Shown: positions 17,461-27,293 of the stretch, piece by piece
Layout: each line of letters begins with the position of its first letter
Position numbering within the stretch: the first letter of the stretch is position 1
NCBI GenBank assembly: GCA_963667175.2
Contig: CAXXXF010000011.1
Location: 32,001 to 96,000, forward strand
Direction of reading: 5' to 3'
From: Candidatus Latescibacterota bacterium
GTDB lineage: Bacteria > Latescibacterota > UBA2968 > GCA-2709665
Length of the DNA: 64,000 nucleotides
The notes under the pieces: model-generated
The model's input: the letters and a program-made list of their open reading frames with translations, nothing else
Databases searched by the model: none
What the model was told of the DNA's origin: nothing
Translations under genes and position numbers: made by a program

Positions 17461-18534
17461 CGCATCCTCTTTATCGCCCGGCGGTATCCGCCGTCGGTTG
17501 GCGGCATCCAGACCTACGCGAAGGAACTCTATACCCGGCTTCGCCAACGGTGTCCGGTAACGCTCATCGCCCTCGGCCTGGACCCGCTCGTTCACCTGGC
17601 GTGGTTCATGCCCTACGCGTTTTGCGCTGCCGTGTTTCACATAATCCGTCGCCGTCCCGACGTGGTATTCTTTATGGACGGGGTTACGGCCGCCCTGGCG
17701 CCGTTTCTGCGCCCCTTTACGCCGGCGCGGTTTGCGGTGACGCTTCACGGCACGGAATTGACGTTCCGGCGTGCGGTTTTCAGCCACCTGATGCGGGCGG
17801 GCGCGCTGGCCTGCGACCGGACCGTAACCGTCAGCCGCGCCACGGGTACGCTTGCCGCCGGGATCGGCCTGCCGGCGGCCAGAACGCGCGTTATCTATCA
17901 GGGCATTCACGTCGCCATCCCGCCCGACGCCGAGCATCGACGGCTCAAAGACCGCTTTGAAAGGGCGCACGGACTGAGCCTGGAAGAACACCCCGTTGTC
18001 CTGAACTACGGGCGTCAGGTCCGGCGGAAGGGCGTGGTCGACTTCATCGAAAACGGCGTCTTCCTGATGAGGGAGGATATCCGTCTGATCATCAGCGGCA
18101 GCGGCCCCATGCAGGATGGGATACGGGTTGCCGTCAAATCCCGGAATCTCGGAAGCCGAATCTTCACGCCAGGCCGGTTGGACGATGCGACCCTGGCGAT
18201 GCTTCGCCGGGAAGCGCAACTCTTCCTGATGCCCAACATCCATCTCAGGCACGACGCGGAAGGGTTCGGAATCGCCCCGCTCGAGTGCCTGTTCACCGGC
18301 CTGCCGGTCGTCTATTTCAACGTGGACGCCCTGGGCGAAAGCCTTCGCGACGGCGGCTACGGCGTCCCGCCGGGCGACTATTCCGGCTTTGTCGAGCGGA
18401 TCCACAGGTACCTGGACCTCTCCCCCGAAGATAAGGAACGGGAGAGAGCACGCGTCAGCGCCTTCGTGCGGCGTGAATATTCCTGGGAGAAAACCACGGC
18501 GGAATATCTGGACGTGTTTACCGGTAAGTATTGA
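17461..18534 (+). CDS. Glycosyltransferase family 4; start codon unresolved
   Basis: RILFIARRYPPSVGGIQTY, TLHGTE, GRQVRRKG, EGFGIAPLE, YSWE. No in-frame start between TGA 17404 and 17461. Confidence 0.8.
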   Translation, partial: RILFIARRYPPSVGGIQTYAKELYTRLRQRCPVTLIALGLDPLVHLAWFMPYAFCAAVFHIIRRRPDVVFFMDGVTAALAPFLRPFTPARFAVTLHGTELTFRRAVFSHLMRAGALACDRTVTVSRATGTLAAGIGLPAARTRVIYQGIHVAIPPDAEHRRLKDRFERAHGLSLEEHPVVLNYGRQVRRKGVVDFIENGVFLMREDIRLIISGSGPMQDGIRVAVKSRNLGSRIFTPGRLDDATLAMLRREAQLFLMPNIHLRHDAEGFGIAPLECLFTGLPVVYFNVDALGESLRDGGYGVPPGDYSGFVERIHRYLDLSPEDKERERARVSAFVRREYSWEKTTAEYLDVFTGKY

Positions 18535-18697
18535 CCACCAAAGAAAACTTAAACTCACAATGGATGGACCTGCCTGCCTGTCCAGCAGGCGAGGCAGGAT
18601 CGGAAAGGTCCACAGATGAACCGGCCGAAAACCCTTATAAGAACCGCTTTTTTGGACTTGATGATCAAGCGGACAGCGAAGAGGAGTAGATGGTCGT

Positions 18698-18991
18698 ATG
18701 GAGTTTGACATTTGGGGGATATTTCAGGCATCTCAGAACAGGGCCAACTTTCAGGCGTTGACAATCTGGATGTTGTTTGCGGGCCTGGGCGGCTTGCTCT
18801 CGGCAGGGCTTGGGCTTCTTTGCGGGCGTTCGCCCTGGCGGTGGTTCCTTTTGGGTTTCATTGGAGGCACTCTGGGCGGCTATCTTGGAGACGGATATTC
18901 GGCTGCGGAGTGGGGCGGCTTTCTCGGCGCCTTCGCGGGTCTCGTGATCGCCACGTTATGGGCAATGGACATACGGCGGCAAAAGCGTTGA
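18698..18991 (+). CDS. Small Gly-rich membrane protein
   Basis: 97 aa, three hydrophobic GxxxG-rich helices; GAGGAG upstream. Confidence 0.55.
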   Translation: MEFDIWGIFQASQNRANFQALTIWMLFAGLGGLLSAGLGLLCGRSPWRWFLLGFIGGTLGGYLGDGYSAAEWGGFLGAFAGLVIATLWAMDIRRQKR

Positions 18992-19189
18992 GCCCTGCGA
19001 GGTTGTAAACTCAGGAATAAATCCCCATGCTCGAATGTGCAACAAAAACCATCGCAAAAAGGAGTAAATTTGCGGGCGAACCGGTTGCCTATATCGGTGT
19101 GGTTCCGGACTCAAACCTTGTGCAGATCTCCGTCGCAGTAGGGTAGTGCGCCGTCAGAGCCGCGGCAAAATCGAATCCTGGAGGAAGAC

Positions 19190-20047
19190 TTGGTCAAGCA
19201 CAAATCACTATCGAACGCTGCATATAAAGGCAATGCCGAAGCGGTCAAGATGCTCATCGACGCGGGCGCGGATGTAAATGCTAAGGACAGATACGAAAAC
19301 ACGCCGCTGCTCCGGGCGGCCTCAGCAGGCCAGGCTGAAGTTGTCAGACTGCTTATCGACGCGGGCGCGGATGTAAATGTCAAGGACAGACGCGGATACT
19401 TCACACCACTGCTCCGGGCGGCCTCAGGGGGCAATGCCGAAGCCGTCAGAATACTCATCGACGCAGGCGCGGATGTGAATTTTAAGCACAAGAATGCATT
19501 TTGGACGGCGTTGCACCTAGCGGCCGAAAGGGGCAATGCCGAAGCCGTAAGGCTGCTCATCGACGCGGGCGCGGATATCGATGCCAAAGACATTGTAGAC
19601 AACACGCCGTTGCTCCGGGCGGCCGAAGGGGGCCATGCCGAAGTTGTCAGGCTGCTGATCTACGCGGGCGCAGATGTCAATGTAGAAGTTCCCCGCGAGA
19701 GTATCACGCAGTATGTCGATGCCGACGGGGTTGTCAAGGCTGAGTACAGGCACGTCCACGTAGACAACACGCCGCTGCTTGAGGCTGCACATAGTGGCGA
19801 TGTCGAAACCGTGAGGCTGCTGATCGACGCAGGCGCGGATGTCAATGCTAAAGGCATCAGTCGCGACACGCCGTTGCTCCGGGCGGCCGGAGAGGGCCAT
19901 GCCGAAGTTGTCAGGCTGCTGATCTACGCGGGCGCAGATGTCAATGCCAGGGGCATCGAAGACAACACGCCGCTGCAGGTGGCAATCGAAGAGGGCCATG
20001 GCGAAGTTGCCAGCATACTAAGGGCGGCGGGCAAGCTGGCCCCCTGA
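19190..20047 (+). CDS. Ankyrin-repeat protein (~8 repeats)
   Basis: Repeated TPLLRAA..G.AEVVRLLIDAGADVNAK; GGAGGA RBS before TTG. Confidence 0.95.
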   Translation: MVKHKSLSNAAYKGNAEAVKMLIDAGADVNAKDRYENTPLLRAASAGQAEVVRLLIDAGADVNVKDRRGYFTPLLRAASGGNAEAVRILIDAGADVNFKHKNAFWTALHLAAERGNAEAVRLLIDAGADIDAKDIVDNTPLLRAAEGGHAEVVRLLIYAGADVNVEVPRESITQYVDADGVVKAEYRHVHVDNTPLLEAAHSGDVETVRLLIDAGADVNAKGISRDTPLLRAAGEGHAEVVRLLIYAGADVNARGIEDNTPLQVAIEEGHGEVASILRAAGKLAP

Positions 20048-20501
20048 AGCACGGACTCAAGGGCGGAAACGCCCGCCGGAACCCCAAAGGTGTATCTAAA
20101 TCCGGCTATTCGAGTGCGTTCCCGGCGTCTTCCCCGTGTTCGGACGACCGCGACAATCACGTCTCAGACCGCTTCCGGCGTTCTCAGACGGCTCCCGGAC
20201 CCGGGTACCGGCGGCTTACACGGGGATTCGGCTTTCCTCCGGTGCGGTGTGCGAGCGGATAATAAGGAAGTGAAAGCGGAAGGCAGGAATGCCTGCCCCA
20301 GCTTCACATCAGATGCGTCAGGTTCTCGAAAAGCCTAAATGGCGGTGAAGTTGGTCGATTATTGTTTTCCAGTAAAATTCTACGCAATTTACGTCCGTGT
20401 CTAAGCTGCTCGCACTCGGTACGGCGGAAACGCGCAGAAGGCGAACCCTAACGGTATATCGCAGGACACATTTGGCGTAACTCGAAGCAAGGGAGGGAAA
20501 G

Positions 20502-21116
20502 TTGAGCAAGGACAAACTGAAATGGGCGGCGTTTGGGCTGGCGTTGGGCATCATCGGCGGCGGGGTCGGCGCGGCGGGCGCGAACAGGTGGTACCCGGGC
20601 GTAACCCGGTTTGAGACAATCCAAGCGCAAGAAATCCGAATCGTCAACGGTGGCAATCTGACTATTTCTGACGCGAACGGCAATGCTGTCGTCGTGCTTG
20701 GCTCGGATCGGGACGGCGGCGGTCTGGCAGTCCTCAACTCGGCGGGCAAAACCGCTGCCGTGGTTGCCGCAGGTCTGGAAGGCGGCAGGCTGATAGTCCA
20801 GAACGCGGCGGGCAATCAGGTTGCCCGACTTTACGCGGACGGCGGTGGCAGGCTGGAAATCTTAGACCGATTCCAGATGCTCGTTGCGATTACGAGAGAA
20901 GTGCTCGGCGCCGGGCAGATGGAAGTCTACTACACGGCAGCAGGCGGGAAAAGCGGGGAAAAAGCGGTCGCTATCTTGGGTCCGGTCGCGAACGGCGGCG
21001 GGATATCTTTCCGCGACCTGCAGGGGAATACGAGGGCTGCCGTTGGGACGGATGTGTTGGGTGGGTATATAATCATCCGCGATAAGGATGGCAAACCGGT
21101 ATTTGAGCGTCCTTGA
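20502..21116 (+). CDS. Secreted or anchored hypothetical protein with ~22-aa beta-hairpin repeats
   Basis: Hydrophobic N-terminus, then about 7 GG-x-L-x-I-x-[ND]-x-x-G repeats; GGGAGG RBS. Confidence 0.7.
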   Translation: MSKDKLKWAAFGLALGIIGGGVGAAGANRWYPGVTRFETIQAQEIRIVNGGNLTISDANGNAVVVLGSDRDGGGLAVLNSAGKTAAVVAAGLEGGRLIVQNAAGNQVARLYADGGGRLEILDRFQMLVAITREVLGAGQMEVYYTAAGGKSGEKAVAILGPVANGGGISFRDLQGNTRAAVGTDVLGGYIIIRDKDGKPVFERP

Positions 21117-21242
21117 GTGTGAGTGACTTTCATGTGTATTCGGCAATTCCGGCAAATGTGCGCGAGTTGAACTGGTGCGGTCGTTTGAGAGATATTGCAG
21201 AGGTCCCGCGAGAACGCCGTGGCAGGATCGATTAATGAAAGC

Positions 21243-21300
21243 GGCAGACAGGAATGTCTGCCTGCCTGCGCAACGAACTGCGCTGCAGGCAGGCCCCACC
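21243..21300. repeat. REP-like palindrome GGCAGACAGGAATGTCTG(CCCCACC) interrupted by a CCTGCCTG..CAGGCAGG hairpin
   Basis: Insert at 21261-21293; related uninterrupted unit AGGCAGGAATGCCTGCCCCA at 20281-20300. Confidence 0.7.
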
Positions 21301-21439
21301 TTCACACCGGATTCGCCAGCGCATTGACAAGCCACGGGTGTCACCTGTCTGCCTTTCAGGCAGGCGGCGGGCAAATTTCCTCGATTTATTCAACTTATAA
21401 TTAATAATATTAAAGGATAAATATATAAAACAAACGTCG

Positions 21440-21656
21440 AACAACGCAAGGTTCGTTCTTGTTTGATAATGCTGCTTGCATACGGTATGGTGTTGTAGTC
21501 CCCCCACCGCATCAGCCGTCGCCGACCCTTCGACAAGCTCAGGGGACGGCTCGGCTTCTGCGACTCCCCCTCAAGGGGTGAGTGATTGGTACATAAAGCG
21601 GGCGCACGCGTTCTCTGTTGCCAATTTGTCTGCGGCTGAGCAAAGCGAAGCCGCGA
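21440..21656 (-). mobile_element. Non-autonomous derivative (copy 2, more decayed) of the 6577-8288 element
   Basis: TGCGGCTGAGCAAAGCGAAGCCGC (21631-21654) is identical to the element's left end; CAACGCAAG..GTTTG..ATGCTGCTTG matches its right end; same internal cargo as copy 1. Confidence 0.8.
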
Positions 21657-21703
21657 AGGGTTTTAATCCTGAATATCCTGTTTATCCATGTAAGTTTGAG
21701 TCT

Positions 21704-22417
21704 ATGAACAAAAGTCTGCTGACAAACCTCATATCGTTGGCGCTCATCGGCGCCGGCGCGATCAGCCCGGTATTCCGGGAGCAGATCCTGACCGTCGGCC
21801 TGTTCGCGACGTCGGGCGCGTTCACGAACTGGCTGGCCGTCCACATGCTCTTTGAAAAAGTACCCGGGCTTTACGGCTCCGGCGTGGTCCCCGCGCGCTT
21901 CGGAGAATTCAAAGCCGGGATTCGTAAGCTCATCATGGAGCAGTTCTTCACGCGCGAGAAGGTGGAAGAATTCCTCGCCATGGAATCCCCGCAAGACCGC
22001 GAGCCCTTCAACCCGGAACCCGTCGTCAACGCCGTTGACTACGACCGCATCTACGCGGGTTTCGTCGACGTCGTACTCGCCTCGCCATTCGGCGGCATGC
22101 TCGGAATCGTGGGCGGCGCCAGAGCGCTCGAACCGCTGCGCGACCCCTTCAAGACCAAGATGAAGGAGGAACTCCGCGATATGCTGCTCTCGCGCTCCTT
22201 CAACGACGCCATGGCAGCCGGGCTGCAAAGCGCTCACGCGGGGGAAGCCCTGGTGGCCAGGGCGGAGACTATTGTCACGCGCCGGCTGGAGGAACTCACA
22301 CCCGAAATGGTCAAGCGGATCGTTCAGGATATGATCCGCGAACACCTTGGCTGGCTTGTGGTCTGGGGCGGCGTCTTCGGCGGTTTCCTCGGACTCGTCG
22401 CCAGTTTCGTCCGGTAA
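21704..22417 (+). CDS. DUF445-family membrane protein
   Basis: TNWLAVHMLFEKVPGLYGSGVVP; HLGWLVVWGGVFGG. Confidence 0.85.
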   Translation: MNKSLLTNLISLALIGAGAISPVFREQILTVGLFATSGAFTNWLAVHMLFEKVPGLYGSGVVPARFGEFKAGIRKLIMEQFFTREKVEEFLAMESPQDREPFNPEPVVNAVDYDRIYAGFVDVVLASPFGGMLGIVGGARALEPLRDPFKTKMKEELRDMLLSRSFNDAMAAGLQSAHAGEALVARAETIVTRRLEELTPEMVKRIVQDMIREHLGWLVVWGGVFGGFLGLVASFVR

Positions 22418-22421
22418 TCCG

Positions 22422-24218
22422 ATGCTTGTTTACGACGGCAACTGTGGCTTCTGCGCGCAATGGGTGGAACGCATTCGTGGCGCCGCCGGTGACCGTGCGG
22501 CGTTCGCGCCTTCACAGGAGGCCGGCGGCCGGTTTCCGCAGATCACTCCGGAGCAATTCGAAAACGCCGTCTGGTGGATCGGTCCGGACGGCGAAGTCTG
22601 CAGCGGCGCCGAGGCCGCATTGCGCGCGCTCGCGTTCACCGGGCCGGCAGGGAAACTGCTGTGGTGGGCTTACCGACGCCTGCCCATGTTTGCCGCGTGC
22701 GCGGAAGCGTGTTACCGTCTGGTCGCCCGCAATCGGAAAACGGTGTCAACGGTGACCCGATGGCTCTGGGGGCAGGACCTCCGCCGGCCCGCTTACCGCA
22801 CGTCCGCCGACCTGTTCCTGCGCGCCCTGGCCGTGATCTACCTGATTGCTTTCCTGTCGTTCTGGGTGCAGGCGCACGGCCTCATCGGCGCCCAGGGCAT
22901 CCTCCCGATCGACGAATCCGTTCGACTGGCCGCGGAAAAGGGCCACCCGCTCCGGTTCCCCACCCTGTTCTGGTTCGATCAGAGCGACGCCTTCATCCAC
23001 GGCCTCTGCGGCGCGGGTACGCTGCTTGCAATCGTCGCCGCGCTCGTTCCCGCTTCCGCCCCGCTCTTCCTGCTGCTGTGGATCGGATACCTCTCTATCG
23101 TCACGGGCGGCGGCCCCTTTCTGTCCTTTCAATGGGACGTCCTCCTCCTGGAAGCCGGTCTGCTGGCCGCGTTTCTCGCGCCCTGGAAACTATCGGTGAG
23201 GCGCGGCGCCCATAAGCCCCCACGACTCGTCGCCTGGCTCTATCGCTGGCTGCTGTTCCGCTTCATGTTCGCCTCCGGCCTTGTAAAGCTCACCAGCGGC
23301 GACGCGACCTGGCGCGACCTCAGCGCACTCACGTACCACTACCAGACACAGCCCCTTCCCAATCCGCTGGCGTGGTACGCGCACCATCTGCCGGAAGGCA
23401 TCCACGTCGTTTCCGTGGCCGCGATGTTCACCATCGAGCTGGCGGTTCCCTTCTTCATCTTCGCGCCGCGACGCCTCCGGATTGCGGCCTGCGCGTTGCT
23501 TGCCGGCCTGCAGGTCGTTATCGCGCTCACGGGAAACTACACCTTTTTCAATCTGCTCGCGGCGGCCCTCTGTCTCTGGCTGATCGACGACGTGTCGTGG
23601 CCGAAACGCATGAGAGCGCCGCGTACCGACTCCGATCCTGGACCCCCAAAACTGCAAAGATTGGCGGGCGTTCCGCTTGCCGTTCTGATCGTGACCCTGA
23701 GCCTCGTGTACCTCTACAGCTTCAGCCTGCGAATGAGATCCCGATGGCCTGAACCCCTGGTCGCGCTCAACAGGGCCGTGGCCCCGTTCAACATGGTGAA
23801 CAACTACGGCCTCTTCCAGGTGATGACCACCCGAAGGCCGGAAATCGTCCTCGAAGGCAGCAGGGACGGCAAGACCTGGCTGCCCTACGAATTTCGCTAC
23901 AAACCGGGCGCACCGGGCAGACGTCCCCCGGTTGCAGCGCCGCACCAGCCCCGTCTCGACTGGCAGATGTGGTTCGCCGCGCTTGGCCACTACCGTCAGA
24001 GTCCCTGGTTCGTCCACTTCTGTCGGCGGCTCCTCGAAGGATCGCCGCCGGTTACCGGCCTGCTTGCGCGGAACCCCTTTCCCGAGAGCCCCCCGCGATA
24101 CCTGCGGGCGCAACTGTACGACTATCGCTTCACGACTCCGGACGAAAAACGCCGGACCGGCGACTGGTGGAAACGTACCTTTCAGAAAACCTACCTGGGA
24201 AAGATTCATCTGGAGTAG
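22422..24218 (+). CDS. Lipase maturation factor family protein with an N-terminal DCC thiol-disulfide domain
   Basis: YDGNCGFC; FQWDVLLLEAG, YHYQTQPLPNP, YGLF, APHQPRLDWQMWFAAL. Confidence 0.9.
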   Translation: MLVYDGNCGFCAQWVERIRGAAGDRAAFAPSQEAGGRFPQITPEQFENAVWWIGPDGEVCSGAEAALRALAFTGPAGKLLWWAYRRLPMFAACAEACYRLVARNRKTVSTVTRWLWGQDLRRPAYRTSADLFLRALAVIYLIAFLSFWVQAHGLIGAQGILPIDESVRLAAEKGHPLRFPTLFWFDQSDAFIHGLCGAGTLLAIVAALVPASAPLFLLLWIGYLSIVTGGGPFLSFQWDVLLLEAGLLAAFLAPWKLSVRRGAHKPPRLVAWLYRWLLFRFMFASGLVKLTSGDATWRDLSALTYHYQTQPLPNPLAWYAHHLPEGIHVVSVAAMFTIELAVPFFIFAPRRLRIAACALLAGLQVVIALTGNYTFFNLLAAALCLWLIDDVSWPKRMRAPRTDSDPGPPKLQRLAGVPLAVLIVTLSLVYLYSFSLRMRSRWPEPLVALNRAVAPFNMVNNYGLFQVMTTRRPEIVLEGSRDGKTWLPYEFRYKPGAPGRRPPVAAPHQPRLDWQMWFAALGHYRQSPWFVHFCRRLLEGSPPVTGLLARNPFPESPPRYLRAQLYDYRFTTPDEKRRTGDWWKRTFQKTYLGKIHLE

Positions 24219-24329
24219 CCTGACGGCATCACAGAAGGGATCATCGGGCGCGGCGCCCAGATGCAATTGGATCACGAAGGCGCCGGATATCCGCCGGTTC
24301 CCGCGCCCGTGCGTGCCTGACATCCGGTC

Positions 24330-25286
24330 TCATGCTTCCAAAGCGTCCCTGACCACGGCCGCAATCTCTGGATAGCGACGCGGTGTTTCGAGGTTGCACA
24401 ATACGACGTGGTCTTTGACGTATCTGCGAGCGATGTCGAACTCCGCCCGCACACGGTCGGGAGAACGAACGAGATACGGATCCGCATAGAGCCCGATGAA
24501 CGGCACGAACGTGTTCCGCTTCGGGTCCTCGAGCCGCTTCATCTCGGCGGTCTCGAATTCCACGCGCTCAAGGCTCCAGTGCGGAGGATAGAACCAGGAA
24601 ATCGTCTGCGTACAATAGTCCAGTCGCAGCCGGTTTCCGTAATATTCGTTGGGATAGAACGGCGGCCAGACGTGGTTGGTTACAATCGCATCCCGTTTGA
24701 TCGCCTTCGCGTGTTCGTACAGCACCTCGGATACCTTTATCAGGCTGGTTTCCGACATTCGCGCGAGCAGTTCGGGTTCGTGCGCTCCGGGACGTTCCGC
24801 TTCCATCGATTTCCGGATGGCCGCGCATCGATCGCAGAAACACGCATAGTGGTTCCTGAAACCGAACCCGTCGAACGCAACGCCGTCCGCGAGTTCGAGC
24901 GCCCGGCTTACCCGCTCCTTCAGAAACGATCTCGACGCCTCGTGCTCGAAGCAGAGCGTCGGGCCGTCCTGAACGATGGAAAACCACCGGTGCGACAGGA
25001 GCTGGAAATTGGCCGGCGTGCCCTCGTGCCCCGTGCGGGCGATTTCATCCTCGGCGGACAGCAACCGTTGCAGACACTCCGGATGCGCGATTGCGAACGC
25101 GTCTGAAGGCCTGGCGTACACGATGGCGACGATCTTCACGCCCAATTCGGCGCCGCGTCGCACCATCGCCTCGGACGGATCCCGCACGATCAGGGTATCG
25201 AAGCCCAGCTCGCCCGCGAATTCCACGATCTCCCGCTGCTGCGCTTCGGTCTCCACCGGCAGATGCCAGTCCCACGCCGCCTTCAT
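24330..25286 (-). CDS. Hypothetical protein, possibly a glycoside-hydrolase-like TIM barrel
   Basis: DGVAFDG and CFCDRC motifs; GAGGAG RBS before ATG 25286. Confidence 0.6.
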   Translation of the reverse strand: MKAAWDWHLPVETEAQQREIVEFAGELGFDTLIVRDPSEAMVRRGAELGVKIVAIVYARPSDAFAIAHPECLQRLLSAEDEIARTGHEGTPANFQLLSHRWFSIVQDGPTLCFEHEASRSFLKERVSRALELADGVAFDGFGFRNHYACFCDRCAAIRKSMEAERPGAHEPELLARMSETSLIKVSEVLYEHAKAIKRDAIVTNHVWPPFYPNEYYGNRLRLDYCTQTISWFYPPHWSLERVEFETAEMKRLEDPKRNTFVPFIGLYADPYLVRSPDRVRAEFDIARRYVKDHVVLCNLETPRRYPEIAAVVRDALEA

Positions 25287-25445
25287 GACTTCACTCCTCG
25301 CCCTATCCCTGGTCGCGTCATCGTTGCATTTGTAGCGGCAACCCTGTTGGTTGCCCACGTCATGGCGCTGGCGCCGCGATCGACATCGCCGCGCCATATC
25401 GCTAACCGGTTCAAGCTGAATGCTGAGAGCTGACAGCTGTTTTCG

Positions 25446-26621
25446 CTACATTTGATCGGCCGCAGACCTGATGGCTTCCGCCAGCTTTCGAACCCGGGCC
25501 TGCGAATTGTCGGGATGCATCGGGATCAACACGGCACGGCTGAGTATGTCCAGCGAATCCCTGCACATTTCCATCGAGTAGGTCACGTTCAGCTTGCGGT
25601 TCGCCGGAAAGTTGTACGGATTCATATCGGGGTGATGCGCGCCCTGCTTTCTCATGACGGGATCCCACCGGGTATAGACGTGCCGCCCGGTGTCGATCGG
25701 CAGGAATCCTCGAGCGCGGCACTCGCGCAGGCCGTCCGCGAAAGCCCTCGCTGATTCCTCGCTCGGAAAGATGAATCCCAGGTTGCTGCCGCATTCGTGC
25801 GAGAGACTGTTGTTGACGATGGAGGTCAGTCCGGCCGCTTCCCCCGCCTTCAGCAACTGGCGTTTGTGAGCGACCATCTTTTCCAGCATCCCCTCGAGTC
25901 GTCGCAACTGGGCATTCAGAATGGCGCCCGAAACCTCCGGGGCCCTGAAATTCATGCCCGCGAACTGCTCATCTTCCTTCTTCTGGTCCGGATTCCAATA
26001 ATACGAGCAGCAATCCGAGGCCACGGAGGCGCGACCGAAAACCGCTTTGTTGCCGGTGACAAACGCGCCGCCTTCGCCGCTGGAGATATTTTTATAGAAG
26101 TTGAAGCTGAATGCGCCCGCGTGTCCGATCGAACCCAGCATCCTGCCCTCGTAGGCGCCGCCTACCGCCTGGCAAGCGTCCTCCAGCACGAGCAACTTGT
26201 GCCTGCGCGCAATACGCATCAGCGCTTTCATATTGCAAGGCAGACCCCACATATGCACGGGAATGATCGCTCTCGTATGGCGCGTCAGGCGGCGCTCGAC
26301 GCCTTCCGGCGACAGCGTGATGGATTCATCCACGTCGGCTACGACGGGAATCGCCCCCGCCGCCAGCACGGCCAGCGCGGTGGCCATATAAGTGCACGCC
26401 GGGACGATGACTTCATCGCCGGGGCCCACCTTCAACCCCACCAGTGCGCAATATAACGCCGAAGTCCCGCTGGTGGTCATCCTGGCGTACTTCACGCCCA
26501 GATGCTTCGCCCAGGCGGCCTCGAACCGATCGCATTCTCCCGTGCGTCCGTACCGGAAGATGCCGCCATCGTCGAACAGCCGTTTGACACGCCCCAGTTC
26601 CAGGTCGCCGATGCGATACAT
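25446..26621 (-). CDS. DegT/DnrJ/EryC1/StrS PLP aminotransferase
   Basis: SGTSAL, VHMWG, LEDACQA, FSFNFYKNISSGEGG. Confidence 0.92.
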   Translation of the reverse strand: MYRIGDLELGRVKRLFDDGGIFRYGRTGECDRFEAAWAKHLGVKYARMTTSGTSALYCALVGLKVGPGDEVIVPACTYMATALAVLAAGAIPVVADVDESITLSPEGVERRLTRHTRAIIPVHMWGLPCNMKALMRIARRHKLLVLEDACQAVGGAYEGRMLGSIGHAGAFSFNFYKNISSGEGGAFVTGNKAVFGRASVASDCCSYYWNPDQKKEDEQFAGMNFRAPEVSGAILNAQLRRLEGMLEKMVAHKRQLLKAGEAAGLTSIVNNSLSHECGSNLGFIFPSEESARAFADGLRECRARGFLPIDTGRHVYTRWDPVMRKQGAHHPDMNPYNFPANRKLNVTYSMEMCRDSLDILSRAVLIPMHPDNSQARVRKLAEAIRSAADQM

Positions 26622-26639
26622 AACGGACTCCTTTTCGGG

Positions 26640-27293
26640 TTACGGGACGGACACTTCCGCTGTTCGCACCCCCGACCCGTTCGTCTGAAGACGCCTGAAG
26701 ACGTGCCCATACGCCAGGAACGTCACTGGCACGGTCAGGAACAGGCCCACCAGCAGGCAGAGCGCGCCACCGACGTTGATCAGCACCGCGAGCAGACCGA
26801 AAAGAAACAGGCGCCACCTTTCGCCCCGGGTGGTTTCGGCGCTGCGGCGCAGGGCCAAAACGGCGCCCGTGCCTTCGTCTACGACGTGAAAGGCGTAGAA
26901 CTGAAACAGCACCATTAGGAAAATCCCGGGCACGATAAGCAGAACCAGGCCGACAAATACCATCAGAACGGCGAAGAGGGATGCGATAAAATACGCCGGC
27001 GCAAGCGGATAGTGAATGAAAAGATCCGCGACCCGCGCCTTCCGACCGTCGACAAAACGCAGAGAAATGACGGTCAACCCGACGTCCATAATGATTCCCG
27101 CAATCAATGCAATGATCCCGATAAAAAAGGCCCAGCCCTCTGAGTACGCGTTCACCTTGAAGACGATGCCGTTCAGGATCAGCGTGATCGCCGCGTACAG
27201 CAGCCCGAGCCCGACAAAAAACGCGAGGTTGTCCAATGTTGTCCGCCAACCGTACCGCAGCGCGCCGGCAATGGAAAACCTATGCGCGTTCAT
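26640..27293 (-). CDS. Integral membrane protein (DUF975-like)
   Basis: GLVLLIVPGIFL, ALRRSAETTRG; about 5 TM helices. Confidence 0.7.
   Translation of the reverse strand: MNAHRFSIAGALRYGWRTTLDNLAFFVGLGLLYAAITLILNGIVFKVNAYSEGWAFFIGIIALIAGIIMDVGLTVISLRFVDGRKARVADLFIHYPLAPAYFIASLFAVLMVFVGLVLLIVPGIFLMVLFQFYAFHVVDEGTGAVLALRRSAETTRGERWRLFLFGLLAVLINVGGALCLLVGLFLTVPVTFLAYGHVFRRLQTNGSGVRTAEVSVP

Noticed and set aside
19190-20047. ~99-bp periodic repeats as a CRISPR array or DGR repeat
   Set aside because: In-frame ankyrin coding repeats; no unique spacers, cas gene or reverse transcriptase.
21476-21703. N-terminal extension of the DUF445 ORF
   Set aside because: Read-through of mini-element copy 2.
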